A stretch of DNA of 64,000 bases. Source: Entomortierella parvispora E1425. Taxonomy: Eukaryota > Fungi > Mortierellomycota. The position numbers and the translations under genes are program-made. Position 1 is the first letter of the stretch. The number at the start of each line of letters is the position of its first letter. The notes under the pieces are model-generated. The model was given only the letters and a program-made list of their open reading frames with translations. It was not told where the DNA came from and did no database searches. The stretch is taken from contig BQFW01000002.1 in the NCBI GenBank assembly GCA_020891255.1, positions 806,001 through 870,000 on the forward strand, in the 5' to 3' direction. Below, one piece after another: positions 23,966 through 36,361 of the stretch.

Positions 23966-26179
23966 TTATCGGCGATGCAAAGTATGCTGCGTCGTCATGC
24001 CACGCTGGTTCTGTTGCAGTTGCTGCGTTGCAGGTCTTGGGGTGGTAACGGCCGAAGGACCGTTTTGAGTTGAGAGTGACGATAATGACGGCGGGGGCAT
24101 CCTCGTGTTCCAGGCGGATGTCATGGTAGGGTATGTTCCTGAGTAGTGGGGCAACTGATATTGTTGTGGCGATTGTTGTGGATGTTGGAGAGGGTACACC
24201 CCAAGCGCGGCCGGGGAGGTATTGCTGTGTCCACTTTCCCCTGCTGCTGCTGCTGCTGCTCCTGCGGATGTGGGTGATACTGTCCCCGAAGGCAATCCAG
24301 CGTTATCTCCCCGCGTCATCCTGGTAAATCTCGATAAACCATGAATGGAGGACGAGGAGATTGTAGATCCTCCTGTGGCAGTGGTCGGCGACGTGGACGT
24401 TATTGTTGTAGCACTCCTCGAGTCAGTACTGGGGCGTATACTTAACAAGTCGACTCGCGCATCTGTCTCGCTTTGATGTCGAAGGTTCGACGGACTGGCG
24501 GCGCTGCTGTGCAAAACACTGTAATCGCTGTCTCGATTCATTCCCCCCCTCTCCAGACCAAGCTGCTGCCAAGAAGGCTCTTCAGAGTCCCGAAAGGGTC
24601 CCTGATTAGATTCATTGTGTCTCTCCTCATTCTGTTGTTGAGGATGCAGGTGCTGCTGTTGGTACCCGGGATCGTTCTCGTCAAAAGGCTCTTCTTTGTA
24701 ATAATACCCTTGCTGGCTGTCTGGGTAGTATTCATGACCGCCGGTACTATAATGAGGTGAATTCCTAGCATAGTCCCTTCTTTGATCTCCTCCAGTGCCT
24801 TCTCTTCCATCTAGGGAATGCAGGTCGTCAAAGTCGATTGCAACATCGTGCTCCATGGCTGAATATCGCTTACTGTCCGTATTGGTAGGATGGTGGTGGT
24901 GGTTATGTTGATGGTTCGTCATGAAAGGAAACCGTTTCTTCTTGATCTGATAGTCGTAAAAAGGACCTCCCGTGATTGGAAAGGGCATGGGGATCGCCAT
25001 TTCTGAAATCAGTTTGGATTGAAAGTCGTGTTGTTTGTGAACCAGCTCCATCTCCTTTTCAATCGAGGGTTCCTTCCACCGCAGTGCTGAAGCCATGAGA
25101 ATCATAATGGAGGCGATGGCAATGATGGCCATGTTCCTATTGATTTTTTTTTTTTTAAAAAAAAAGCGTAGAAGAACCTTTAGCTTTTGTTCGGATGGTT
25201 CTTTCTTCTTCTTCCTTGGCAAGGCAGTCCTGCTTTCGCTTCATTCTTCTTTTTACCAGTAGAACCCGAGAACATCTGCCGCACATCCAATGGCGGGGAT
25301 GCCAGGTTGGGTCTCTCGCAGAGCCGGGAGTGCAAACAAGGTTGTGATACCCAAGGTGAGGACATGTTCATCCGTCACACGATACTTCCGGATCACCTGG
25401 ATGGCAATGATGCCAATCGCAATGCTGAGCGCCCACATGATCATGACAATAAACAAGGAGAATCCAATGGTGGTCGGGGAGCGCCTCGTAAAGATCTCGA
25501 TCGAGATCTTGTACAGGTCATCGTTCGACAAATGGACCGTCGGAATAAACTCGACCGATTGTAACATGCCCAAAAATGTTAAACTGACGGGAATCTTGTG
25601 CAACTGCTCCTTGTCCTTGTTGGCCAGAATCTCAAAGTAGCTCTTGTACGCGTCAAAGGGATAGTCGATCGTGGCTCCCTGCATGTACGGCATCGTCACG
25701 TCCACAGAACGCCTATTCCTCGCCCTCGACAGTGTTAGATGCGAGAAAGAAAAAGAAAAAAAAACACGCACTGCGCTTTGTCGCACGAGCCAATCACCCC
25801 TCCAGTAGATATAAACTTACATGATCTGTGCATCCGGGAATGTCAAAGTCGTGTAGAACAAAGAGACTGAGATGGCTGAGGTGAGCACCCCATCATCGCC
25901 CGCCAAGGTGCCATGAGGCGTAAACTCGAAATGGACCCGAAAGTTCTTGTCTTCGAAATCCACACTGGCCACGGATCCCACCACATGGATATAATCGCCT
26001 GTATGGGACACACCCTGGGGCCCAACTTCGACGACGGACCGGACATTGTCGCCTTCTTTGCGATAGATGGAGAAGATGGGGATGACGATGGCGCAGAGGG
26101 ACCCGATCACAATCACACACCATAGCGTTCTTCGAGCCCAGGTCCGGAGTTCGCCTGTCTGGGCATGGAACAGGGCCAT
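23966..26179 (-). CDS. DUF4436-like membrane protein with pentameric ligand-gated ion channel-like motifs (3 exons)
   Basis: Exons 26179-25821, 25712-25257 and 25136-23966 splice in phase. Product has an N-terminal hydrophobic helix, a beta-rich region with YPFD, three further hydrophobic helices (IGFSLFIVMIMWALSIAIGIIAI; VLTLGITTLFALPAL; VLGFYWNMAIIAIASIMILMA) and a long disordered tail. The DUF4436 label is recalled from the YPFD and LFALPALR..QPGIPAIG..D pattern. Confidence 0.8.
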
Positions 26180-27307
26180 GAAAAAAAAATACGCCTCTTT
26201 CTTTTTTTTTTGGGTTGATGCCTCTGATCAACAAACACGCAGGGTGGTGGAGAGAAACGATTCGGGTACGTGAGGCAAGTGGTTGGCGGTAAAGAGGAAG
26301 AAAGGCGCGGGAAACGTTTGCTGAGTAAGAGATGTATTGACTGTGTACGATGGATGTGCTGACGATGAGAGGATGCCGACCGATAGTCCGAGAGATGTGT
26401 ACCAGGATTTTGATAATTTAGATATGGCGAGCGCAGGGACAAAAGGTGCAAAGGTATAGGAGAGGGAAAAGGCGGGGGACAAATAACATGAAGAGGAGAA
26501 AAGGGCAAGAAAAAGAAAAGGCCCAAGGTGACAGACTTCCAAACGGCCAATCTCACATCGGCGCAACCGCCAATTCCATCTAACCCTCCGAAACGTCTAT
26601 CTGTCGTCGCATTATGGGTGGCCTTCAATGCTGCCACAGGACAAGAGAAAGAAGATTGAGAGGACTGCAAGAGGGGGAAGGGGGGGTTTAGGTTCTTGTA
26701 ACTGCTTCCTCCTGTCGAGGTTCACTCGCAACCCAAATCGTTTTCTTTGCCCATTACCCATGATCAAGAGGAACGGAATAGACAAGTTGCGGGATCATCC
26801 AATCTCATTGTCTGGATCATACATATACCTTTTGGAATGTCATTAGCACAAAAGATGTGGCCATGATAGCGAACGCCTACATTTTTTTTCCTTTTTTACC
26901 ACTTTCGGTCACATCCCCATCCCAAGGGCTCTTCTTTTCTCATCACTCTCTGCTGATCTTGGGTACCCGCATTGCCGGGGCCCTGCATGCCGAGGGAGAA
27001 AGAGAACAACGCCAGAGGAGAAAAGAAGCGACGCGCCTCCTCTCCCCGCAGACTGTGGACTTTTTTTTTTTTTTTTTTTTTTTTGGCATGGTTACCAAAT
27101 CACGCCTGTCCATACTTTTTTTTCCCAATTGTAGTCCAATGGGTTCTGACAACGTCTTTTTGCAACAAAAAGGGGGCCATGGTTCATGCGGAAGGGATAG
27201 AACGTCTTTTTTGGGGGGTTTTTATTTTTTTATTTCTTACAGTAATGGGTATTCATGTTCAAAAGAAAAAAAGTTGTCAAGAACAAAAGGGTATGAAGAC
27301 ACTGTTT

Positions 27308-30300
27308 TTAAACAGCACGAACCACAACACTCTCGTTGGCAAGGAAGCTGTGGTCCAACAAAAAGATATCCAAATCTTGCCATCCACCGCCGACGCGGAC
27401 CATGACTTTGCTCTGACGCTTCTTGGACGACGTCTCGGCCTCGGCCTTTTGCAAAGCAGCCAGACTACCGCTCGAGTAGATCGTGGCCAAAGGGCCCCCG
27501 TTGCGCTTGGGGTCCATCTGGGCCGAGGAGGCCGAGGACAGGGACGAAGGGGGCCTGTTGTTGGGCTGGGGTGGGTTCTGCAAACCATCGTCCGTGCTCC
27601 CACTGTGGGAGCCTCCACTCGACACACCCGAGTCGTCTCCAGTGCCGGACTGGCTACCAGCGGTCGAGGAGACGATGCGACCGTACTCCATCAAGCGACA
27701 GAGGACGACCTTGCCGCCCGTCATGGTTAAACTCCCACCGGGCTGTTCGACCATCCGACCTCCAAAGTAGTACTTGCCCTCGCCCAACCGCTGTACCTTC
27801 ATCTGGATGGGACTCGCGTTCACAACGCGCGCAAATTGCTCATCGAGCTCGTCATTCATCGCGGGCCTGTAGGGCTCGATCTCTTCAATCTGGATCTTTT
27901 CCATCATCTCGGGGAGCTGTCGGCTCTTGGAGGGAGGAGGTGAAGTCACCATGGGCTGCCGGTTGGTGGGCACGGGGGACTGATACCGAGAATGAGATTG
28001 CTGCTGTTGTTGTCTTTGCTGCTGCAGGTATTGCTCTCGCTGAAGATCGCGCTGACGCGCCAAGGACCCGATCGAGGACGTGGACGTCGTGGGGCTACCG
28101 GGTTCATCATATCCTCCATAGTGGTATGAATCGCGGCTCAGACTCGAAGTGGACCCAGAGGCTGAGCCTGGACGCGAGCCGTACAATGTGGACGAAGGAC
28201 GCGAATGTTGTTGTCCACGATCGTCAAAGTAACCACTGTGATGGCCTTGCCGGGGCGTCGTATGGGCCGAGGAGGCAGGAGAACCTCGACCATGGGAGTC
28301 GTAGTGGTTCTGCTGTTGGCCATAGCCCGAAGAGCTCACGGAGCCATTGGCACTAAATTGCCTTTGTCGACCAGAGAGAGCCGAGGTGGGCAGACGCGAG
28401 TTGGGCGTAGTGGGGGAGGCCGCGTAGTTTCTTGGGATCGGGGACCCAGCTTCTCGACTGGCGTTGGGAGTGTTTCCTCTTGACCCAGGTCGTTGCAGCT
28501 GAGGTGAGGGACTCAAGCCTGAGCTGCCCCGCTGGGTGGACGAGGACCGGGACGAAGGCGTGGGCAGTTGCGACTGGCGACGGGAGGCCGTCGTGCCTGG
28601 AGTAGATTCGCCACCGCGAATACCAGTCGAGAGCTTGCTGTTGCTTCCAGCAGGAGAGAATACTGGCTTGTATTGGGCGGGTGACTTTAGCCCTGAAGGC
28701 GTGCTGCCTCTGTAGCCTGCTGGCTCGTCTTGGTATTGGCCCATGATGGAAGTAGGGCGAGGGATATAGGTAGCAGCGGCAGAGAGGACCTGGGGGATCC
28801 CTGGGATGCCAGGAGACGAGACCGACACTGACGGGCACCTATTGACATGAAAAGAAAGGATGGTTTATTAATCAAGGTCAACAGCAGGACAAAGAAGAAT
28901 TACTGTGCGCGACAGTGCAGGATGCTTACCAAGGACGAGAGCGTCGAGAAGGGGAGCGTTCGGGACTGGGGCTGAGAGAGCGATAGTTGTTGAGGGCACT
29001 GGCCGTCAACATGGGCGAGCGAGAGACGCTGCCGTTGGACGTGGCAGGAGACCAAGGACGGTATTGCGACTGCGAGTGACCATTCAAGGGCGAGCGTGTT
29101 CTTGACCGACCAGGAGAGGGGGAGGGCGAGCGGAGCGAAGTCGAAGGAGGTCTTCGTCCACGTTGCATTTGCTGCTGTTGTTGTTGCTGCTGCTGCTTCT
29201 GACGGCTTTGAATAGGCGTCAGAGGCGCGATGGCCGTGGATGACCTCCAGCCGGCGGGCGTGGGCTTTGCGGGGGTCTTCTTGGCAGGGGCCTCTTGCTT
29301 CTTGAGCGGGAGCTTTGGCAAGTATGGGGTTCTCGAGTCATCCAAGATGTCCAGCATGCGCTCGACGCCATCGAGTTCCATGTCTACGCGTTCAAGTCCG
29401 TCCTGAAGCTGGTCCCACTTCAAGTTCATGGCTTGATGCCTCGAGACCACGTCCATGTTGCGGGTCATCCGGCTCTCGATGCCACTCTCGAGCATATCCA
29501 ACATCTTGTTGACAGCAGGAGAATAATACTTTTGTTTGGCCTCGAATGATTGAAAGATGCTGTAGAGATGATCTCGATCGATGGGTGCATCAGGAACAAC
29601 CTTTTGGCGGACCATGCCCTTGATCTGATCCAGGAGACCCTGGCAATGAACAATGGCCCGTTCCATCGACTCCATCATGGACTCGACCTGCTCTGCTACC
29701 TGCTCAAAGACCTCCAGCCACTTGTCCTCCTTGAGCTCCTCACTAACGCGCTCCCGACGGAACTTGAGGTCGTCCCAAAGGGAGAGGACCTGTTGGTATC
29801 GACTTTGCAATTGATCTTTGGATTCATTGCCAAGGGTGGAATCGTCCGAAGTTGGCAAAGAGCCCACCCGGTTATCCAAAAAGTCGATCCGAGAGATCAA
29901 CAGTTCAATGCGAGAATCCACTTGAGCCAGCGTGTCCAAGCTCCGTTGCTTGGCCTCGGCCTCGACTTGACTACCGGGCTTGTGATGGCCACTAGGCAAG
30001 AGGCCCTCCTCGTCCGAAGTCATGGCACTTCGCTCATTGTTGTAATTGTCGATGCTGGTGCAGATATCTTGAATGTCTTGCAAGACATTGTCCATGTGTG
30101 TCAAGAGCTCGCCTCGGAGACGTGCCCCTGCAAGATCGCCCTTGACCTTTTCCAACATTTGCTTGAGGGACGACCAACTGGACATGATGCTCTGCGTCGT
30201 CTGTTGAAGATCGTGTTCTACCTCCGAGGAGGCTGGATCAGGGGTGCCTGGAGAGGCAGCAGCATCCGTCTTGATCCGGGACTCGATGCGCTCCTTCAAC

Positions 30301-30776
30301 TCTACCAACATGTCGACGTTGGGCTGGAACCGGTTCATGATCACATCGATCGCTCCCACATCCCTCTTATCCGTCGCGCCTTCTTGGCCCACATCCATCG
30401 ACAGCGCAAACACGGCCATTTCCGCAGTTTCGAGCCATGTCCTCAAGTCCGAGGCTGCGCCTCTGAACCGTTCGTGCAATGTTTGAAGTGGGATGGTCTC
30501 GTGTGAGGAAAGGGCGTGGTAGATATCGCTGTAAGGGACGGGTAACCGCTTGAGGTTCTCGAGTTGGGAATGGTATGATTCATAGAGGCCTGTGGTTGCT
30601 GGAGTAGAGTTGGGCGGTGATACCGTTGTCGTCGTTGGTTTTGATGGCTCGGCAGATGCGATGACGGTGGCCATTGATGTTGATGCAGAGATGGAAGGAG
30701 AAGGCGTTGGTGTTGTAGAGGGTTCTTGGAAGAGTAGAGAGGACGAGATTGGTGGTGATGATACAAGGGTAGCCAT
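27308..30776 (-). CDS. KAR9-like helical protein fused to a C-terminal GAR (GAS2) microtubule-binding domain, 2 exons
   Basis: N-terminal helical region (DKWLEVFEQVAEQVESMMESMERAI; FEAKQKYYSPAV) resembles fungal KAR9-family proteins. The intron (donor gtaagc near 28928, acceptor near 28838) keeps frame. GAR motif: ELDEQFARVV..KVQRLGEGKYYFGG..KVVLCRLM...VMVRVGGGWQDLDIFLLDH. GAR is confident; the KAR9 label is less so. Confidence 0.8.
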
Positions 30777-30972
30777 TTTGTGTATGTGTGTGGGTGGGTG
30801 TAGTGGTATAAAGTGGGAGTGCTTGATGATATGTGGTGGGTATATAGGAGGGGGGATGCCAGTTCGTCTTTTTGCTGCAGGCGGTTGTCTCTATGTTCAA
30901 AACTTGATGACTATGGAGGGAAGAGAGAGAAGAGAGAAAGAAAATAAAGACATCTGCGGTTAGGGCACCACT

Positions 30973-30979
30973 CTTTATA
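30973..30979 (-). promoter_or_regulatory. TATA-like box upstream of the KAR9-like/GAR gene
   Basis: TATAAAG on the minus strand about 200 bp upstream of the ATG at 30776. Confidence 0.4.
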
Positions 30980-33900
30980 AACCATTGGATGACCATGGCC
31001 GAGTCTGATAAGGGAATATTTGCTACGGCGATGCAACGGCACAGGATAAAAAAAATCAAGACGAAAGGGGGGCTGCCATATGACAATCAGCACTGGCGAC
31101 AGGGCCAAACGAGGGAGAGAAGGGAGCGTTGCCGTCATGGGCGAAGGATGAGGGAAAAAACGCGCACCGTGGACAGTAATTGGGGAGGGGGAAAGAGGGA
31201 GGACGGGAGGCCAGGCAGCCATTGCGCCAGTGATCAAGTCAGTAACCAACTTGGAGAGGGATGAAGTGGCGGGCGATGACTGTGCGGCTGCAAGGAACCG
31301 TGCTCCTGCGAGAGGTGCAGTACCACCGATGATGAAAGAGATAACGCGGGTAGCAAATGAGGGAGAGGGGCACACAGAGAGCAGGGGTGGAAACAGACAA
31401 GGGCAACGCAGGAGGATATGAACGATGGCACAACTAAGAGTGCCCAAGGGTCGGCAAGCAATGCAAGGCAAAGGCAGACAAGTCAATTGGACCCTGGGTG
31501 GAGCGAGTGTTTCGAGATAGGATTAATGCTGCAAACAGCTGTTTTGTCTACCAGCAACAGACAACCGTGTCCTCGCACGAACTCGCCCTCTCTCCCCGTA
31601 TCGATCGTCCTCCTTCAAGGACAAGAGCCACAAAGAGAGCCTTTGGCCATCCGATTGGTCTTGACCCTTTCCATATGGCATCAAACTACATGCCGTTCAA
31701 TGGTACCCATTGACCCAAAAATGCTCACAGACCGCTGTCATATGCCAGCCAAACCAAACCTCCCGAAAAAAAAAATGTAAATAAGAACATGAACAGACAG
31801 CCCCCTCCTTTGTTTGACCTGTTGTTTGTCTTTGCTTGCCCATGGTTGCCCATTGGGCTTGGTGCTTTCACACAAATAACACCTAGAGTCACACCAGGCA
31901 GCACTGGCGGACAACAAATTTTGTAAAGTGCAAACGGGAAACGGGAAACGGAAAGAGAGGGGGGAAGGAGAGGGAGAGAGAGAGAAAAGAAAAGAAAAGA
32001 CACAGAACGAGCGAAGCGTAAAAGGAGGCGCGAAAAGAGGAATATCCCAAAGTGAAAGAGAAGAGGTTCCAGGGGAAAGGGGAAAGGGGAAGGGAGGGAA
32101 GAGCAAGAGAGGCTGATCGCCTGTTCGCATGCAAAGACGGTGTGTCTGTGTCGGGTGTTTGTTGGAGTGTCTATCCTCTTCTTCTTATCGCTGCAGAGGA
32201 ACAAAGAGTTGCCTTGGAGGATAAATATAGGGTGCACTCTTGTGTGTATGGGCATGGGTATGTGTATGTGTATGTGTGCGAATATGAGAAAGGATGTAAT
32301 GCAAGGATGGTATCTATCGTCCTTGGGGGGTTGAGTATGTCGAGTATGTGCGTGTGTGTGTGTGTGTGTGTCTGCAATGTGGTGCTGTGTATTTCGCTCA
32401 AGGTCGGGAATGCTCGTAAGCACGCACATACACACATACGCAGAAAAAAGAGAATAAACACGCCCCCCATTGCCGTTTTGCATCCGATCGCTGTTCTGGC
32501 CCGTATCTCGCCTCTATGCTGTCTTTTTTTCGATCGATGTCACCCTTCCTCTTCCCGTTGTGTTTTGGGCATGGTCGCCTCTTCCTTGTTCCTTTCTTTC
32601 TGTCTCTCCTCGGACTGAACGAAAATGTCTTGCTAAAATAAGACATGGTCCTGAAAGAAAAAACTCACCTTGGGTGTTGTGCTGCAAGACGAGGGCGGAA
32701 ACGTGGACGAATGCGAGTGTGAGTGCGAATGCAAAAGTGTTTGTGTGGTGTGGGAGAGAGTGGATTCTTTCCTTGCAGAGATGAACTGTTGAGAATGGAT
32801 GGGCTGAATGGAGAAAGAAAAAGAAACAGTCGAGAGGCGTGAAGAGTGAGAATAAAGAGAATGGAGAAAGAAGAGTGGAAAAGCGCGTGCTCGTGTTCAG
32901 CAGGGTAGCAAGTGTGGCGACGGAGGAAGAGAGAACGAACGAGTGTGGTTGCGTGAGGATGTGTGTTGAGGTAGCTCTTTGGCTGCTGTCGACAAGAGGG
33001 TAAGTGAAGTGAAAGAGAGAAAGAGAGAAAGAGAATGAAAGTGAAGGAGAGCAGAGAGCGATAATGAAGGGAAATGAAGAGAAATGAACAGCGGAGGGAA
33101 AAAAAAAGACAGAAGAGCAAAGAGAAAAAAGAGCAGAGCGAGGCACGCAGAGAAGAGGGTCCATCATCCACCTCCATGGCCCATGGTCCTTGATCAGATA
33201 TTATTCTAATTGAGAAGTATTCAGTCGACCTGGGATTGAATTGGGCCATGGCCCTGGATCACTGTCGCTCTTTTTTTATTTGGAGGGAAAACAGAGGATT
33301 GGCATGTGGCAGTCCGAAGGTCTGTCTGGCGGACTGGCTGACTGAAGGGCTGTCCAGTTCGTTGTTGATGTTTGTGATTCCTCTTGCATTGTCGGCGATG
33401 CTGATGCTGATGACGATGATGGTGCAGGCTGCTGACGACAATGACAACGACGACGACAACGACCACCGACGGGTATTGGCCGCTGGGGACGTGGTGTCTG
33501 TCCAAGGTCACCAGCTTCTCTTTCCTTCTGCCTCCCCCCTATTTTTTTTCCTTGCCAACTACGGATAGGATGCCCAAGACCACTCTCTCTCCGTTTGTCT
33601 CTCTCTGATGTGCACCGCTCGGGATCTTCTACCTGCATTGACGGCTCACATCATTCTTGGTCTCGCTCTCTCGCGTTACTGCGTGCTCCTTGAGCTGATT
33701 TTCTTTGGATCGCCTCGGGCAATGCAAGATAAAAAAGAGTGTCGCATCCTGCACATGTGTGAGACCAAGCACGACATGGTGACAGGGGCAACGTGGCAAA
33801 CGCTTGTAGCCATTGCCATGCAGCACTCAAGGCGCACCCACCCGGTTTTGCTCTTTCTCTTCCTCCAAAACGGATTGATCCCCGTCTACTCGCAAGAGGA

Positions 33901-36361
33901 GTGAAAAAGAAAAAAAACAGCGCGGAGGGAAAGGCTGATCCCTTGACCGTTTTATTCTTTCTGTTATTCCCTCGGATCCATCCCCCCTGCCCTTCACTCT
34001 CTCTCTCTATCTCTCGGCCTCCTTCCCAGTCTTATCATAACACTTGTTTTGCATGATGTCGCATGTTGCTTGGTCTGCTTACGGCTTGCGCGTTTTTCTC
34101 GTTTGCCCATGCTTGATTTCGCAAAAAAAAAGATGGCCATGCAACTGAAAAAAGGCAAGGCTCTCTCGATCATTAAAAAAAAGTCCTAAAACCATTTGCG
34201 GATCTCCCCACTCTTACCTTCTATCTTGCTCTCTCTATCTCCTTCCTCATCCTTAGCCAATGTTTTTGTCCCTGCCTGTTGGGACCATGGCCCAAGGCCC
34301 ATTAGTCGAATGTTATTTTTGAGAAATGAAAGTCAATTCAATGGCCCTATTTCTCTGGCGGGGGGCCATGGGCCATGGTCCTGTTTCATGAACAAAAAGA
34401 AGGACGGTCCAGGAACGGGATGTTCGCCCTTGACGCCCGCTTCCCTTTTGCTCTCTCGCCGATGCTTTCTCTTATCCGTTTGTTGATGTCGTATCTTCAC
34501 TTGTTAAAGACTACAATTCATTGTTTTGTTTTTCCTTCCAATGCAAAATAGAAAATACGAATGGGTCCAGAGTTCAATGGATTTTTTTTTGAAATGTTTT
34601 CCTCGCGCCCAAAGAGACATTTGGGCCCAAGATCAACCAACATCCCAAAACACTAAAAAAAATTGCAAAAAAAAAAAAGAAAGAGAGCTCTCCTCCTCTC
34701 CCTCGTGCAGATGAACGGAGTTTCGTTTTTTTTTGTTGCAATTGCAATCTCTGACTCCTCCTTGCTGCAGGCGCGCGCCTTTCCCCCTCATCTTCGCACA
34801 TCAGGACAGCATGCGCGCTGCATGGTTTTAGCCCAGTTTGAGTTTTTCTTTGCCCTTTTCATGTTTTCATCTGTGGACGCGACGGTTTCTTTCTTTTCAT
34901 TTTTTTGGGTGGTTGGGTCAGGTTAGGTTGGGGGGACTTTGCGAACCACAGAAAAAACAAATCCGTGGGATAATTTTTGTCTTTTGGGATCTCGAGAATT
35001 GAGATGGAGACGCGTCTGATGGGCAAGAATCGGGCAAGGCAGGGCGCGCTCGAGACAGAAATTGGACCATGGGTGGGGATGCGATCTAATGGAGGAGACC
35101 ACAACAACAACGTGTTCCACATCCCCTCCCCTCCAGCCATCTCCCTCTCTTCATCTTTTTAAACTTCCTCACCCCTCCCTCTCTGTTCTTCCTGCAGAAT
35201 CTCGGACACAACCACAAGAAGCAGTGAAGGGTTTGAAAACAGGCCAGGGGGATTCATGAACGCGTGCTTTCCTCCGATGGTCCTCCCTTTTTTTTTGGTC
35301 TTCCTCTCACTCTTCTTCCTCCGTCCATTGACTCATAAATGAACAGGCAAAGGGAGGAGGGCGTGATGTTGCTCTGTGGCTCGGGGTTTATTGAGACCTT
35401 GTCCCATCCCGTCCTCCTCCTCTTGCCACACGCGCAAATACACACAAACACACACAAACACTCTTCCCAATTCTCTGTCCGCCCGTCATGGGACAACAGT
35501 TTGTCGTAGACTCTCCCTGTTCCTCTTTTTCGTGTGTTTACAGTATCTGCATAGGTGAGTCAGCTGCTTGGCGTGATGATGACAGTTTGTTTCCTTTTTT
35601 TTCTTCCCACTGGCCGACCACAAGATCGACGCGCAGGTTCTCTTTTATCGGAATATCTCACTTTTTTCTTCTTCTTGCAAACAAGCAACACAAGAATGCC
35701 ATGCCTCACTCTTGTTCCTGACCCCCCCCCCCCCTCCCCCCTCCGTCATGTTCCTGACAGCCTGGCCTTTGCCTGCACGGTCTTCAAGACTTGCCATGTG
35801 TCTCTTTTTTTTTTTTTTTTGCATGCACAACTAAATAAAAAAAAAAATGGCGGGAATCATGTGCACGCGTATCCTTTGGACTTTGAGATAAAAAAAAAAA
35901 CAAGCCCATCGCGCACGGGTCGTCATTGACATCGTGTGTCGCTCAAAGACGCAGGGCCAGGGCCAGGGCCAGGGGGAGAGGAGGTAGGGCTGATATAAAG
36001 TATTTGCCATTGCATGGATGGACGCTCCGACTATACTTTTGCAGATCCTTTCGCCCGTACTTCTATTTAAATCCATGTACCTCTTTTTTTTCTCTCTCTC
36101 TCTCTCTCGCGGAACTTCAAAAAGTCCTCTCTCTCTGCTCATACCATCCTCAATAATAAAAGGTTGACTAATGCACAACCCATGAAGCTCGAGTCAAAGG
36201 AACCTTACAACAAAAAAGCCCCAGGAGCAGAACAACCACGAGGCACAGCCCAAGTTCATCGGGTGAGAGGCCCTCTTTAGATCAAAATGTCAGTATTCAG
36301 ACCATTACAACGTAGTTTGTTTGTCTTTGTCATTTATTGGGTATATAGGTATATAGATTTC

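Noticed and set aside
33236-33568. ORF with a signal-peptide-like stretch followed by DDNDNDDD
   Set aside because: Composition is explained by (GAT/GAC)n microsatellites; no splice or motif support.
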